From positions 177,630,001-177,694,000 of the forward strand of contig OX597816.1 of NCBI GenBank assembly GCA_951406725.2: DNA of 64,000 nucleotides, in the 5' to 3' direction. Position 1 is the stretch's first letter. The number at the start of each line of letters is the position of its first letter. The stretch comes from Octopus vulgaris (taxonomy: Eukaryota). This document shows positions 1 through 13,919 of the stretch, one piece after another. The translations under genes were made by a program, and so were the position numbers. The notes beneath the pieces were generated by a model that saw nothing but the letters and a program-made list of their open reading frames with translations, ran no database searches and was not told the origin of the DNA.

Positions 1-1311
1 GTTATCGGTAACTGGCCTAGCATGATTACTGTAAAGGCTAATATACTTAAGATTTGTGAAAGGTTTATGATAAGGGAAGTATGAGTTATTCTGTAAATTG
101 AGGGTAATGTATAAGAAGTTGGCTTTAGTTAACTCATCGTCAAAAACGATGCGCAAGCCCATTCTACTAAAAACCTAACTAATCTGTTCTTAACCTTCTG
201 TATTTTTTGGTTTGAAATGTTTTGGAGGTAAAGCAGAGAATCGTCACGATAAAGACCTCCTGCGCGTAAGATGTCCGGGAATTGGTCGACCAATTCATAA
301 AGAATATATATTCCGACCAAATCGGCTATCTGGGCGCTGTTTGTACTTCCCATTAGTACATCAAACGCATTAGGAGTATCTCTGCGGACCCACAACTTGC
401 TATCGAACTGGATGAATGATTTCCTATCAGTCAATATTACATTAATTTTTCCCCAGAGAGGCCTGCCTTACTGTGTGCGTGTCATAGGGCCTTATTAAGT
501 ATAATAGGGTTGATTGAAGAATAGAAACTAGATATATCGAATTGGATAAATTTAGTGTTGGCCTTATCAGTAATAGAAGTAAACCAATCTACGACTTGAG
601 CAGAATTGGACCATAAGCTAAGTTTTAATTTATTAATTAATATAGGGATATACTTATCTAATATGTATTTGCTAAGAGTACCGATGTCTGAGCTGGAAGG
701 GCATATAAGCCGCAATGCTGGGTTAGCATAAAAGTTCTGCTTGTGGTCTTTTTAAATAAACCTGGGATGCCTGGGGTTCAATGGTTCTGTCTTCATCTGT
801 AATCCATAAGTTTCCATAATCCATTTAGCTTCCAAGTTGGCCTGCCTGAGAGTATTCCTACTGGTGGTTTTGTAATTTTTATGGATCTCCTTTTCGAGCA
901 GTTCCAAATAGTGGCTTTTGGTAAGCTTATAGAGGTTTCCGGTTTTATCCGATTGAACTAGGATGTAATCTAAGTTATTGATTTCTCTAGAGACGTTATT
1001 AAGGTATCTGAGGTGCTTATTCCTGAGGGGTGATCGATGAAATTTAATATTCTTTACGATGGCCCAAAGATCATCTTCGAATTTCTTCAATCTAGGATTA
1101 GGTGGAGGCGTAGCCTTCGATTTAAATAGTTTTTATATTCATTAGAGATGTCGTTACTGGTCTCTTTTAGGTCCTTATTGTTGTGGAAGAAGGCGAGCCA
1201 TCTGATGCGGATGATAAATACATTAGTCTTGTTAATGAGTTCCTTAAGGAAAGCTTTTTTCGGTGGAATAGGAATATCCTTAAGGGAGGCGTTAATATTG
1301 AACAACTCCAT
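1..1311 (-). mobile_element. Penelope-like retroelement RT ORF, frameshifted, runs off the left window edge (YRDD type, possibly Naiad-like)
   Basis: Consecutive minus ORFs give PLE motifs in order: SLKDIPIP, QSDKTGNLY, RLICP, QFDISSFYSSI, MGSTNSAQIADLVG, GGLYRDD. Confidence 0.9.
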
Positions 1312-1570
1312 TTGCGGTATCGGTTATGTTAGCAGGTTCTCAGGGAAACAGTATAAGAATATTTCGATAGGTGAATGAATTATCCTATGTTTACCGTCAA
1401 CATGGAAAATTCAATGAACCGATACCAGGGTAGCAAATTCACGTCAGAAACACGGTTGAAGCGACCTGTCCAAGGGTAGAAACTCCGGGTTCATGTGCAG
1501 AAATTTGTGTGTTATATATGAATAAATAAATGAATGGAGTTGAACGAAGATGTTAACAAAATTCCTTTAC

Positions 1571-1650
1571 TCTCGACACATGTTTCGAAGACAACATGGT
1601 TTCATTCCAAAGGAATAAACGGTGCAAGATGCAATCTTCTCATCAGGAAA
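1571..1650 (-). ncRNA. Type I minimal hammerhead ribozyme in the 5' region/pseudo-LTR of the PLE
   Basis: Minus strand reads TTTC CTGATGA GAAGA-(~45 nt)-TCTTC GAAAC ATGT GTC GAGA. Core intact, stems I and II pair, palindromic ACATGT in stem III, same strand as the PLE ORF. Confidence 0.8.
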
Positions 1651-1746
1651 GAAAGGGAGCCTCTCTCAACAACAAGACAAACAAAAATTGCGATGACTGC
1701 CTACATGGTAAACACAACGATAATAAGTGTTTTAAAAAAACCGTTA

Positions 1747-1797
<51 letters not shown>

Positions 1798-1956
1798 TTT
1801 ATTACAGTTTGATTCAGCTAGCTTTAAATAATGAACTGCGTAACTGCCACTAAATGTGTTGAATGCCTTTCTTTCATTTGTCCGCTCACCCATGTATATG
1901 CAAGTTGATAATAATGTTAATTATGATAATAATTATAAATATGACAATCTTTACCT

Positions 1957-2280
1957 CCAACTTAACATGGACGTTGTGTCAGAATAGTAAATACTGCGTT
2001 ATTTACCTTGAAAGGACTTGTCGTGGATTCTTAGTGCAAAAACACTCGTGTTTATATTGCTGCCTGACGAGAATCCTCTGATACGGCGGCCTGAACTGCC
2101 AGATCGTATGATTTCGCCTTGCTAGGGGCTCCTCAGTGGCAGACGTCCGATAGCGACATAACGGCCTAATCTTCCAGACAACACGAGTGCTTTCATGTAC
2201 TATGAGTCCATATGATAGGTCCCCTCAATGTAAATAACGCAGTATACTGTGTTTTGACACAACATCCACGAAAATTTGGA
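1957..2280. mobile_element. Short non-coding element with ~100 bp diverged inverted arms enclosing a hammerhead
   Basis: 1957-2055 is the reverse complement of ~2180-2280 (e.g. gttgtgtca..atactgcgttatttac vs gtaaataacgcagtat..tgacacaac). Confidence 0.7.
2096..2142 (-). ncRNA. Type I hammerhead ribozyme, intact core
   Basis: Minus: CTGCCA CTGAGGA GCC-cctagcaa-GGC GAAA TC-ATAC-GA TC TGGCAG. 6-bp stem I, 3-bp stem II, short stem III, AUC cleavage triplet. Confidence 0.88.
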
Positions 2281-2534
2281 AAGAAAAAATATGAATAAAT
2301 TGAAATTGAACCTGTGAGTCATACTAAGGCAGTATGACTCTCCCTAGACACAACAATATACACACACACATACAAGTGTTAAGGAATGGAGTAGATAAGA
2401 TCCGAGCTACATATGTTTCACATATATATATATTGTTATGTATGTATGTATGTATGTATGTATGTATGTATGTATGTATGTATGTATGTATGTATGTATG
2501 TACGTATGTATGTATGCATGAATGTATTTATAGG

Positions 2535-2692
2535 AGTTCCTTTCAGTTTTCGTCTAGCAAATCCATTCACGACATTGGTTGACCCGGAGCTTTAGTAGAA
2601 GGCACTTGCTCAAGGTATCACGCAGTGGGACTGAACCTGAAGCCATGTGATTAGGAAACAAATCTATCGCCACAGTACCACAACTGTGCCTA
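2535..2692 (-). mobile_element. tRNA-derived SINE family A, degenerate 5' part
   Basis: Similar to the copies at 24513-24975 and 25050-25487. Confidence 0.75.
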
Positions 2693-3356
2693 TTTGTTCA
2701 CTAATTTCAGTTTAAACTGCTGCTACAATAAAACACGACAAAAAGGAAATAATAATATCATGTTTAAACATTTATTATTTAGATTCAATTAACAATGATT
2801 CTGTTGATAACAATATTAATAGCACACAACAACGTTTGCTATTTCACTTATGTATGAACTAATAATGAACAGAAACGAGGTTATACCACTCTGTTTATTC
2901 CCTAGGGGTAAATTAATCTCAGTTTGGGATCCCTTGCCTTAGAATGATTGAGGGGATAAAGATTTTGAACGCAAAGCATTCACAGATTAGGCAATTTTTC
3001 AAACCATAACATGGGAAAATTTTCCTGGTGCCTTCTGCATAAGGGGCTCATTTTCAAGCAAGGACTATCATTCTTTATGTTGTCAATTAAAATATATTTA
3101 AATCAATTAAAATTACACGCTTAATGAAAGTAAAAATCATATTGACACTAATGATTTTTCTCTTCATTACAGAGTGTCAGTTTCATTGAAAAATTCCTTG
3201 AGTACATTAGTACCGATTCTAACACATACACATGCATTCAAACACAAGACACATAGACACACACACACACGAAAATGCATGACCAAACAAACGTCAGCCA
3301 TGACTGCCCGCATTAGTATAGACAGTGGCATATACATACATACATACAGACATACA

Positions 3357-3396
<40 letters not shown>

Positions 3397-3414
3397 TAAA
3401 TAAAATAGAACATA

Positions 3415-5026
3415 TTCATATATATAAACATATATGTACGTACCTACCTCTACGTGTACATATACACGCATATATGAGTACAGGACACCAAAAGGAGTCG
3501 AACACAATGAGAAACGAAAACATAGACACAAACCAAAGGAACTGGACATTTTTTTAAAACAGCAAAAAAAATAGAGTACAGGACAATTATATATATATAT
3601 ATATACATACATAAAGAAATATATATACATATATATGTGTGTGTGTATACACACGCTCACATAAACATGAATTCATGTATGTGCATACATTTGCTAACAC
3701 AATGCTAATGGTACGCATATCAGGGGCGTTCACGCACAGACAAACATGCATGTATACGCATGACGTATACAACAGTATATGTGAGCATACACATTTCTTT
3801 CCTTTCAGGTATAGACACATACACACACACACACACAACACAGACATACACACGTTCGCGCGTGCGCACGCGCACACACAAACACACAGGCTCACATATT
3901 TTTACACATATACATGCATATATACGTCAGGCACGCAAGTGACCGGCAACAGGATGTTATAGTGGAGTCTTACTGCGTGTCTGACAATACATTCCTAGCT
4001 TGCGAATAAAGGTGTAAGGGGGTCGTGGGTATTTGTCTGGTAATAGCATTCTATTGGTTAATTTTCAGTTCAATCAACCAATGAGCGATAGTTGGTATGT
4101 AGCTGTCTTCGAGAATTTTGTGTTATTCATTTTAGTCTTCTCTTCGTTGCACGGTATGTCGTTTTAGATTTTGCTAATGATTTTCTAAAAATTAATATTA
4201 TTATTATTATTTAAAATACATTTCTTTATAGCACAAGACTACCCGTGACCCGTTGGGTCACTGGGAAAGGCTGAGTCACCCAGCAACAGAGTTTTGTTTC
4301 GTGAGGTTTTTTTCTTTTCCAGGTTATTTCGCATGCTTTCAACGAATGTGACATTGAAATCACGCGTAAACGGCTCCTTTCATCAGAAAAGGAATGGCTG
4401 CTATTTCTTGCACGCCCCGCGACCACGTAACAGGGATTTTGGGTCCTTTATCGTAAATAGCTGTTACGTGGTAGCAGGGCGTACTAGAAATAGCAGCCAA
4501 ACCTTTGGAGGTAATATACGTTAAATGCACTCGAAAAACCGTATTGAAAAAATATTTGACACCGAGGTTATGAACGGGTCCTTTACGAAATATTTACCGT
4601 ATTTTTAAAATCATTTTAACTTTAAAATATGTTTTAGATATGCCCCCAAAAATTTCTAATGGTATTCACCTAAAAATAATTTAAACAAGAATTAAAGTAT
4701 TATCTGTTTAAAGAAAGCTAAAATATAAATACTTATTGTACAAACAAACATGGAGAGCCGTTAGGCCAGACGAGGTAAGGTAGCGAATGCTGAAGGAATA
4801 TTGTCTTTGACAAGAGAAAAGATAAAAGAGGAGACAGATAAGAATGTGAGGAAAAGAATGATGGACGATGGTCACGTGTGAGCAACGAAAGAGAGAGTAA
4901 AGGAGAAAGAGGGAGAGACAGAGACAGACAGAAAATGGCAAAGGGGAGAAAAAGAATTACAGAAAGGATGAGAAAGAAAAAACGAAAGGAGGAGAAGGGA
5001 AGAAAAAAGAATTAGAGAAAAGAAGA

Positions 5027-5066
<40 letters not shown>

Positions 5067-5570
5067 CAGACAGACAGAACAGTGCAGAGTACAGTCGCAT
5101 CAAAATTATTAAGATAAACTTACTTGGAAATAGATGTACGGCGTTCAATCATATAATAATATAAATAATATATATATTTTTTACTGTTTATATTTTTGTA
5201 CTGTCGTTACTGTCCTGTTTTTTTTACCATTTTTTTTACCATTTTTTACCCCTCCGCGAAAAGATCTCAGAATTTTAATTGATTTGCTTTTCGCAGGAAG
5301 GAAAGTTTCTTGTCGAAGATACCTCTCGCTTTTATCCTTCGAAACGTAGAGTAGATGAAACCTTAGCGACTGAAGAAGGGGGTTTTTCGTTGTGTTAATT
5401 GTCCTGTACTCCATTGTTTGTTGTTTTTAAAAAAATGTCCAGTTCCTTTGGTACGTGTCTATGTTTTCGTTTCTCTTTGTGTTCGACGTCCCTTTGGTAT
5501 CCTGTACTCATATATGCGTGTATATGTACATGTAGAGGTAGGTACGTACATATATGTTTATATATATGCA
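3415..5570. repeat. Inverted repeat pair 3415-3590 / 5397-5570
   Basis: tacctacctctacgtgtacatatacacgcatatatgagtacaggacaccaaa matches the reverse complement at ~5495-5550. Confidence 0.8.
4325..4390 (-). ncRNA. Degenerate hammerhead motif next to a ~120-nt hairpin (4388-4506)
   Basis: Minus: TTTT CTGATGA AAGGAG...TTCGTT GAAAG CATG CGA AAT. Palindromic GCATGC stem III; U16.1 appears mutated to G. Confidence 0.5.
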
Positions 5571-5676
5571 TATATACATACATACATACATACATACACA
5601 CACAAACACACACAAATACACACACGCACACACACACACACTCACACACACACATACACACACACGCACACACACA

Positions 5677-5745
<69 letters not shown>

Positions 5746-5923
5746 ACATACATATCACATAGCAAGACTAATAACCTGGTTTAGAACTTAATATACTCAT
5801 GTTTCAGAATACTATTAGAAATGTTGGGGGGGGCATATCTAAAACATATTTTAAAGTTAAAATGATTTTAAAAATACGGTAAATATTTCGTAAAGGACCC
5901 GTTCATAACCTCGGTGTCAAATA
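4553..5923. repeat. Near-identical inverted repeat pair 4553-4660 / 5813-5923
   Basis: tatttgacaccgaggttatgaacgggtcctttacgaaatatttaccg vs cggtaaatatttcgtaaaggacccgttcataacctcggtgtcaaata. Confidence 0.88.
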
Positions 5924-5985
5924 ATGCGGTAATGAGAAAAAGAGATGACACAGGGGAACAAGCAAAAAATTGGTTGTGATATCAA

Positions 5986-6270
5986 TTTCATTAGCTTACA
6001 ATTGTTTCTGCTACAGGATGCAGTGGACTCAAAGCTGAATGTCTGACAGCCTCATTGAACCCTTGCAATTTATTTGGGGAAAAAGGAGAGACATTTTTGC
6101 AATATACAGGGAAGGCATTACCAGTGAGAAAGTCATGCATAAATGTAATTCTTTTCCCAAATAAACTGAACTTCATATTCAAGGGACTGATGAAACTGTA
6201 AGATGTTACTCAAGCACTCAACTATTAGTCCACTGTATCGTATTACAGAAACAGGTGTAAGCTAATGAAG
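5986..6270. mobile_element. Short inverted-arm element with a hammerhead-like relic in each arm
   Basis: Plus 6187-6259: CTGATGA..TGTAA..TTACA GAAAC AGGT GTA AGCTAATGAA. Minus arm: GAAAC AATT GTA AGCTAATGAA. Stem I does not pair well. Confidence 0.45.
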
Positions 6271-6376
6271 TTCATAAGATAATCATTTAGTCCATTGTCA
6301 TCTTATTTTCTGACGCGTGTGTATCGCTAAATAGGTATGATTATATATATATAGGATTATATAAATATATTTTATA

Positions 6377-6431
<55 letters not shown>

Positions 6432-6469
6432 GGGGGTAGAGAGAGAGAGATAGGTAAATGGGTAGATAT

Positions 6470-6650
6470 ATGTCAGTCACGCAGTGACCGACAAAAGAAT
6501 GTTATAGTCGAGTCTACTGCGTGTCTGACAATTTATGTCTAGGTTGCGAATGATAGTGTAACGGGGTCGTGGCCGTTTGCGTGGTGATCGCCTTTTATTG
6601 GTTAATTTTCAATCATCGAGCGATACTTTGGCATGCAGCTATTTTCGTGC
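6470..6650 (+). repeat. Diverged direct copy of 3925-4130 (unclassified interspersed repeat)
   Basis: Shared gtgaccg..gttatagt.gagtc.tactgcgtgtctgacaat..ttgcgaat..ggggtcgtgg..tattggttaattttca. Confidence 0.7.
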
Positions 6651-7174
6651 GTGCTTGTTATTTAACATCTCGAAATGGAAGATGAAGATAATGGGTCTAC
6701 ATCTGTGTGTGTGCGTGCTTGTTCTTGTGTGTGTGAGTGTGTGTGTGCGCGAGCGTATTCTGTTTTTATGTATTTATGTGTGTGGAATGTTGATATAACA
6801 AAAATATTGTCACATATTAAACTTGTGAAAAGCCCTGCATATTTGTTCGTACCTGCTTCATTTGTGCATGTAAAATCCTTTAAATTTCCAAGAAGAAAAC
6901 GAGATCAACGTCGAAAAAACCTTTGTTAGTTATAATAGTCCATATGGGGTTTTTTAACCACCAAAAGACCGAAATATTGCAGCATGCATCAAAAAGCCGA
7001 AATAAAAGAGCTGAAATATTGCAACATGCATTAGAGAGCCGAAATATTGTAATATGTATGGAGAAAAGGAAGAAATGTAAGTTAACGCTGCTTATTAAAG
7101 GAAATGGGAATGAAAGAAATATAAGTGACATTAATTTCTATTAATTTTAAAGCTAAACAAGATCTGTGGGGCTA

Positions 7175-7360
7175 TACAAGAACACAATCGCGCACACACA
7201 CACACTCACACATACACAAGAACAAGCACGTGCACACACACATACACACTCACACACACAAGAACAAGCACACGCACACACACACTCACACACACAAGAA
7301 CAAGCACGCGCACACACGCACTCACACATACATGAACAAGCACGCGCACACACACACACA
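7175..7360 (+). repeat. Minisatellite built from (CA)n, about five ~36-40 bp units
   Basis: Repeated acaagaacaagcacg(ca)n-ctcacac units. Confidence 0.75.
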
Positions 7361-7362
7361 CA

Positions 7363-7918
7363 TCGTATACACAATTTTATCAAAACAATTGTGTACAAAT
7401 ACTAATGTCATCTTTACGCAATAGTGCAATCTAAGAATGATATTTTTTATAAATTTACAAGTAATCAATAAAAAATAACTGATTAATAATTTTTAAAATT
7501 CGCATAACTACTCCATTAATATGTGTTTCATAATGCGAATTATCTTTGCTTATAATTATTTCGGCTTCGTACTTTCACTGTTATATAGATTCGACTTTTA
7601 TTTATTATCATGGTAATTTGCATACAGTGTGGAATATGTTTCTTATATACTTTGGTATGAAAAGTATTATAATGAATTTACTTATTCAAAGTTAAAGATC
7701 ATATTTTGTACATCTTCAAATTTTTATATTAAGAACTCGGTTCAAAAATTATCATGACATCGTAATTCACACATGAGTCTCTTTTCGTTTTGAGAGGCCA
7801 CAGAATGTACAACATATAGGGATTCCAATATGTTTGAGCAACAATGCTATTGAATTATTGCGTAAAGATGACATTAGTATTTGTACACAATTGTTTTGTT
7901 AAAATTGAGTATACGATA
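7363..7918. repeat. Inverted repeat pair 7363-7430 / 7850-7918
   Basis: aaaacaattgtgtacaaatactaatgtcatctttacgcaata vs tattgcgtaaagatgacattagtatttgtacacaattgtttt. Confidence 0.8.
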
Positions 7919-10900
7919 ATTTAACTTAATTAATTTTTAATATCAATTAATTTCGATGAACTAAATAAATTTCTTGTGATAAAAGGATGCCACAGAAAGT
8001 ACAGCATATAGTGATTTAAATACTTTTAAGCAACAATGCTAGACCCATACTTTTTAAGGTTTATTATGACATTCTGTAACCATTTTGAGCGTGCGCATTT
8101 TTCAATTCTAGTTTGTATACGCATAATATACATATATATATCCAACCATACATACGTGTATATATATATATCCTTGTTTGTGGTTACGTGTTTATATATA
8201 TATATATATATAATATATAATATATACATGTGTATAAATATATATCCATACATATATGCGCGCGTGTGTGTGTGTATGTGAAGGAGTGGGACCAACTGGT
8301 TAGGCTGTTGCACTCATGATCGCTAAGTCGTGCGTTAGATTCCCAAACTGGAAGATGCATTGTGTTACTGAGCAAGACACTTCATTACACGTTGCTTCAG
8401 GGGTCGGGTAATGTTTGTCTGCTCACCCAGCCAAATTATAAACGTATAACCTATCTTAAAAGAACCTTATAACTATTTAACGATCTATATATCTCGTTGG
8501 CTAAGTAATAACTTACAAATCACGTACAGTTATAATCTAATAAGGAAATACATATCTTCAACAACTAAATAATTATACAATCAAATTAACAATCAGTAGT
8601 TATATAGTATCCAATAGAATACAATATAACATAAATTATTAAAATAACTTCAATAAAAATGTTTACTTAGCTTTCAAAAATCGTGTCATTAACTAAACTT
8701 ATAATAAACAGATGGAAAATTCTTTTAACAATGAAAACTACGAATATATTTTATCAATGAAAATTACTAATAAATATTATCAATGGAAAATGGCTATATT
8801 TAAGCTATAATAGAACAAAGTCACTATTATAGATATCTATGAATTTATAATATGGCTTAAAAAACATAATAAACTCACGAATATCCTTAACTCAGTTATA
8901 GTCCAATATTTAATTACCAAATTATTTAACTAAATAATCATTATTCATGATTTAGATTTAAGTACACATCTAATAATTATAAAATATTTAAAAAATAATA
9001 ACTAAATTATTATCAACAAATTTAGTGATTAAAATCTAAAATTTACGCTATCAATAAATGTATAGACATGTAAAGACAAATAAATTAATTAATTAATCCA
9101 ATACTACTTACATAAATATTAAATATTAATATAATATATTTATGAGATACATTAAAAAAATTAAAGATTAAAATCAAATTATAAACTAGTAACCTAACTT
9201 TAAAAAACCGTATAACTATTAACGATCTATATATCTCTTTGGCTAAGTAATATCTTACAATAACGTACAGTTATAATCTAATAATTATATACATATCTTC
9301 AACAACTAAATCATTATAATAACAATCAGTATTTATATAGTATACAAAATGATACAATAAGACTTATTAATATACTTTAAAATCTTAAATAGAAATAGAT
9401 TACTTAGCTTTCCAAAGACGTTTCGTGAACTGAAATTTTAAAACGGAAAACGTCTTTTAAGCGTTTATAAGAATACTCGTGGAATTACGTTATTAACAGA
9501 AATCGAATAAATAGATGAAAAATTCTTTTAATGACAACTACGAATATATTTTATCAATGAAAATTATGAATAGATAGTGTCAATGGAAACAGCTATAGTT
9601 AGGCTATAAATGTAAAGAGAACAAAGTCACTATTAGAGAATAAAACCACTATATACTATAAAATTTATCATTAAAAAATAACTACAATAAATTATACTCA
9701 ATAAATTAAATAATTTATATAACTACCAATTATTGTGTATACTCTAAAAATCTTATAAGAATTAATTAATTTATATAAAAAAAATTACGTAGGAGTCAAA
9801 TTAATATAAATAAAAAATTAAAAAATAACTATTAGACACATTCAAAATTAATTCAGTAGTATTTCAAGCATTATCTATAATATGACCACTAATTAATATA
9901 AAAAACTATATTCTAATAAAATTCATTAAATAATATTGATTAAATAAACATCTAAATAAATCTACTTCAAATATATAGAAAATACATACAAATTAATTAA
10001 TTTAACAAATTTATAACAAAACTATAACAAAATATAAACTTAACTCTAGTATAAGATAAATATATATTTATATTATATATCATATTAATACTCAAAATAA
10101 ATGCTAAACAATAATAAATTAAACTAATTATGTAGGTAAATTAATTTATCTGAAGATCAAATACATCATTCTATAATTGAATAAAAAAATTCAAATTATC
10201 ATTATAAAAAAGTATCACATAAAGAAAAGATTATTGTCCTATACATTCAAAACTATAAACCTTCATATAATCTATATTCATTAAAACCATTAAATATTTA
10301 ATAATAAAATAAACATCTAGATGTAATCTAACTTTAAGTAAATAAAGAACCTTTAATAACTCTTATTGACTAATACCAAGCCTCATAAAGGATTGGAAAC
10401 ACTACACTACTATCATTAAGTAATATATTTATTAAATTTATTAAAATATTGAATTATTGATTTAATAATATTAAATTTAACAAATAAAATCATGTAATAA
10501 GTATTATAAATCACATACTAAATTTTAGATTAATACTAGTACATATAACTACAAATTAGGAACAAAATAGATATAGTAATTATTTATCTAGAAATTTACT
10601 ATATAAGTAAAGTAATCTGTGTCTGCATTTAATTTTACGCTCATCCAAAAGTATTCACTAAATTATTATGATCATTAAATAAAATTTCTTTAAACTCATT
10701 AAAACATAAATAATAATTGCTTCCTATACTGTATGATTTGGCCTTACTAATTATTTCCCACCTTAAATCATACTTAATACTTTGGGATTTAAGCTCCCAA
10801 ATGTATTTGCTAAGCCCTGTAAAGTTAATTAAGGTTTTTATTTTTAAATGAATGCATATACTGTGCGATTCTTAATTTTATTTTAGAGGAAGTGGACCCT

Positions 10901-11296
10901 ATATAAATGACGTTTAAGTTATTATTATTCCTATTATTCTCATTAATTAATGTAACTATACATTTATATACAACATAGTTTAAATCACATTTATTATTTA
11001 TTATTAGTTTTATCTCTACATGTACAATTAATGAGTGTCTTATCATTATTATTATTGGTATGATTATAAAATTTAGTTTTACAAAAATTATTCAACTTAA
11101 ATTTGTTAAAAGAAGAAATAATGTTGCCTAAATTATTAGTGGGAGAATAACCTACTCCAAAATTATTACTCGAGAAAATGTTTTTATATTAACGATTAAC
11201 ATGAATGAATTGTTCAGTAATATCTAAAATCTCTTTAATAATGTTAGTTTTAACTTGGACCCCATAAGGAACAATTAACCAAATTTTCTTCTTTTT

Positions 11297-11345
11297 CTGT
11301 TCACTGACAAAAATCCGTGCAGCACGGATTTTTGTCAGTGAACAG
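11297..11345. repeat. Perfect 24-bp hairpin with 1-nt loop, in an insert within the PLE
   Basis: ctgttcactgacaaaaatccgtgc-a-gcacggatttttgtcagtgaacag. Confidence 0.95.
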
Positions 11346-11469
11346 GTCGCGATTTTAGCGACGAAAATATTTTGACAAATTAAACTTAAATGTTGAAGTG
11401 AATCGAACGGCTTTTGTGTGTTTCTTAAATGGCTTACAAACACCTTCCACGCTGCAATTGTTATTATAA

Positions 11470-11630
11470 TAATTATTATTATTTAGTAGTATATTTTTTA
11501 TATCGTGCTTTCACTTCACTACCGAGCACAGCTCTGTGTGCCTTGGGTATGTGCTGTGATTTGTTGTGATGCTCTGATGGTTATTGTATTGAAAGTGTTC
11601 TGCGTAGGATGTGTCTTTGTATTTTAAAAG
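11470..11630 (-). mobile_element. 3' end of an RLE-type (R4/Dong-like) non-LTR retrotransposon, with (TAA)n tail
   Basis: Minus translation HILRRTLSIQ* followed by a 3' UTR; same sequence at 41872-42025 and 33250-33330. Confidence 0.65.
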
Positions 11631-11653
11631 TTTCTCCATCTTTTCTTCTTCTT

Positions 11654-11806
<153 letters not shown>

Positions 11807-13212
11807 ATTATTATAATTAATCATATTATCATTATTATTATTACTATAATTACAATTACGATTATTATATTTCTTTATAATATTATTAAAATTAAAATTA
11901 TAATTATAATTATCATTTATTGAATTAATATTAAAATTTGTCTTATTTTAAATTTTATTTTTATTTTTATTTTTATAATTACTACAATTATTATTACTAC
12001 TACAATTACTACTAATATGACTTACATAATTATTATAATTATTATTAATATTTTTATCTTTATTTTTATTAAAAAATTTAATATTATTATTATAACCTGC
12101 CTCACGTAGTGCCTCATTGTAATAAGGTGCATATTTATTAAAAATCTCTAAACCATAAGAAAGTAATGATATACGTTTACGTATATTATTAATCAACGAT
12201 TTTTTAATTGATGATGGGTGATTACTATTAACATTTATATTTCTAACGTTTTCATTAAATTTATAAAATGGTGTGTTTTACCCATTATTAGATTAAAATT
12301 AACATCTAAATAATTAACATTATAATTCTCATTATATATAGTAATACTTAAACCATATCTTTTAAAGAAGCTATAAAGTTTCTTCTTATATAATTCTAGT
12401 TTCCTATTAGTGCAATTCTTAGTAATTAATAAAAGATCATCCCTATATAAACCACCCTCTAGTTTTAAATGTTCTAATTGAAGTTCAGATAATAGATAAA
12501 TACCTACCAAATCCGTAGCTTGTGCAGAATCAGGTGCCCCCATATGTATATCGAAATAGTCCCTAGTATCCTTCCTAGCCCATAATTTATTATTGTATCT
12601 AATAAACGATTTCCTAGCCATTTTAATTACATTAACCTCTTCAAAAGTCATTCCCACTTTATTCATTGCGCATATTAGGGCCTTATTAAACACAATTTCA
12701 TTAATAGAAGAAGAATTATCTATATCTAATTGACTAAATTTACATCGATATTTTTCTTTAATATTATTAAACCAATTTAAATTATTATTATTGTTAAATC
12801 ATAATTTTAAGTAGTTAAATATATTTAATTTATTAATATATTTATCTAAAATTAGTTTACTCAATTTTCCAAGGTCTGATTTACATGGACAAATTAATCT
12901 AACTTTAGGGTCTGAATAAAAATTATCTTTAGTAATTCTAGGGTACATAGGTACATAAGATTCAGTTTTATTATCCAACTTATAGTTCATCATGACTAAT
13001 TTAGAGGCCTTATTTATAGTATAAAGTGTACTATCGGAACAATTTTATATTTTCTAATTATCTCTTTCTCTTAAAGGTTATCATATAACTTAACATCCAG
13101 TTTATATAGATTCCTAGTTTTATCTGATTGTAATTTGATAATAGAGTTTTTTATAAGAAAAATTATTATTTTTTAAATTTATTTCTTAAAATACATTGTT
13201 TAACTCTATTTG

Positions 13213-13310
13213 CTTCCTGAAGATTGACTATAATTATAATTCGAATTTTTTATTGAATTTAAATTAATTGTAATTCGAATTGAATTATGGCGATGAAACG
13301 TACGTAGTGG
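13213..13310 (+). ncRNA. Hammerhead motif in the inverted pseudo-LTR at the 5' end of the AT-rich PLE
   Basis: CTGAAGA TTGACTATAATT...AATTATGGCGAT GAAAC GTAC GTA GTGG. Palindromic ACGTACGT stem III, long stem II. Confidence 0.65.
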
Positions 13311-13605
13311 TTTTACTTATTATATTATATTAAACATTTTAATATGTTTTGATAGTTAAAAAAATATATATAAATTACTTTATTAATAAATAAAAAAATG
13401 AAAAGTTTAAAAATTTATAAATTTTAAATTTTAAAAATATAAAAATTTATAAATATAAATATAAATTTTAAATTTTAAATTCAAATAATTTAAATTTTAA
13501 ATTGTATGTTTTATTTATTTTGTATATTATATTAATTATATTTATTTTTATGTTTTGGTTTATGTCTTTCACTGTTTGATTTGCCTAATAGTAGATTTAT
13601 CTCTA

Positions 13606-13679
<74 letters not shown>

Positions 13680-13723
13680 TATATGCATATATATATATAC
13701 CTATATATATATATATACATACA

Positions 13724-13781
<58 letters not shown>

Positions 13782-13783
13782 CA

Positions 13784-13916
<133 letters not shown>

Positions 13917-13919
13917 ACA

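Noticed and set aside
7175-7360. Regular repeat-spacer pattern resembling a CRISPR array
   Set aside because: Spacers are (CA)n variants, the context is eukaryotic, and there are no cas genes
8430-10600. Very AT-rich block as a possible mitochondrial or endosymbiont insertion
   Set aside because: No organellar gene motifs; it is contiguous with the PLE GIY-YIG end and shares sequence with the PLE derivative at 23650-24512
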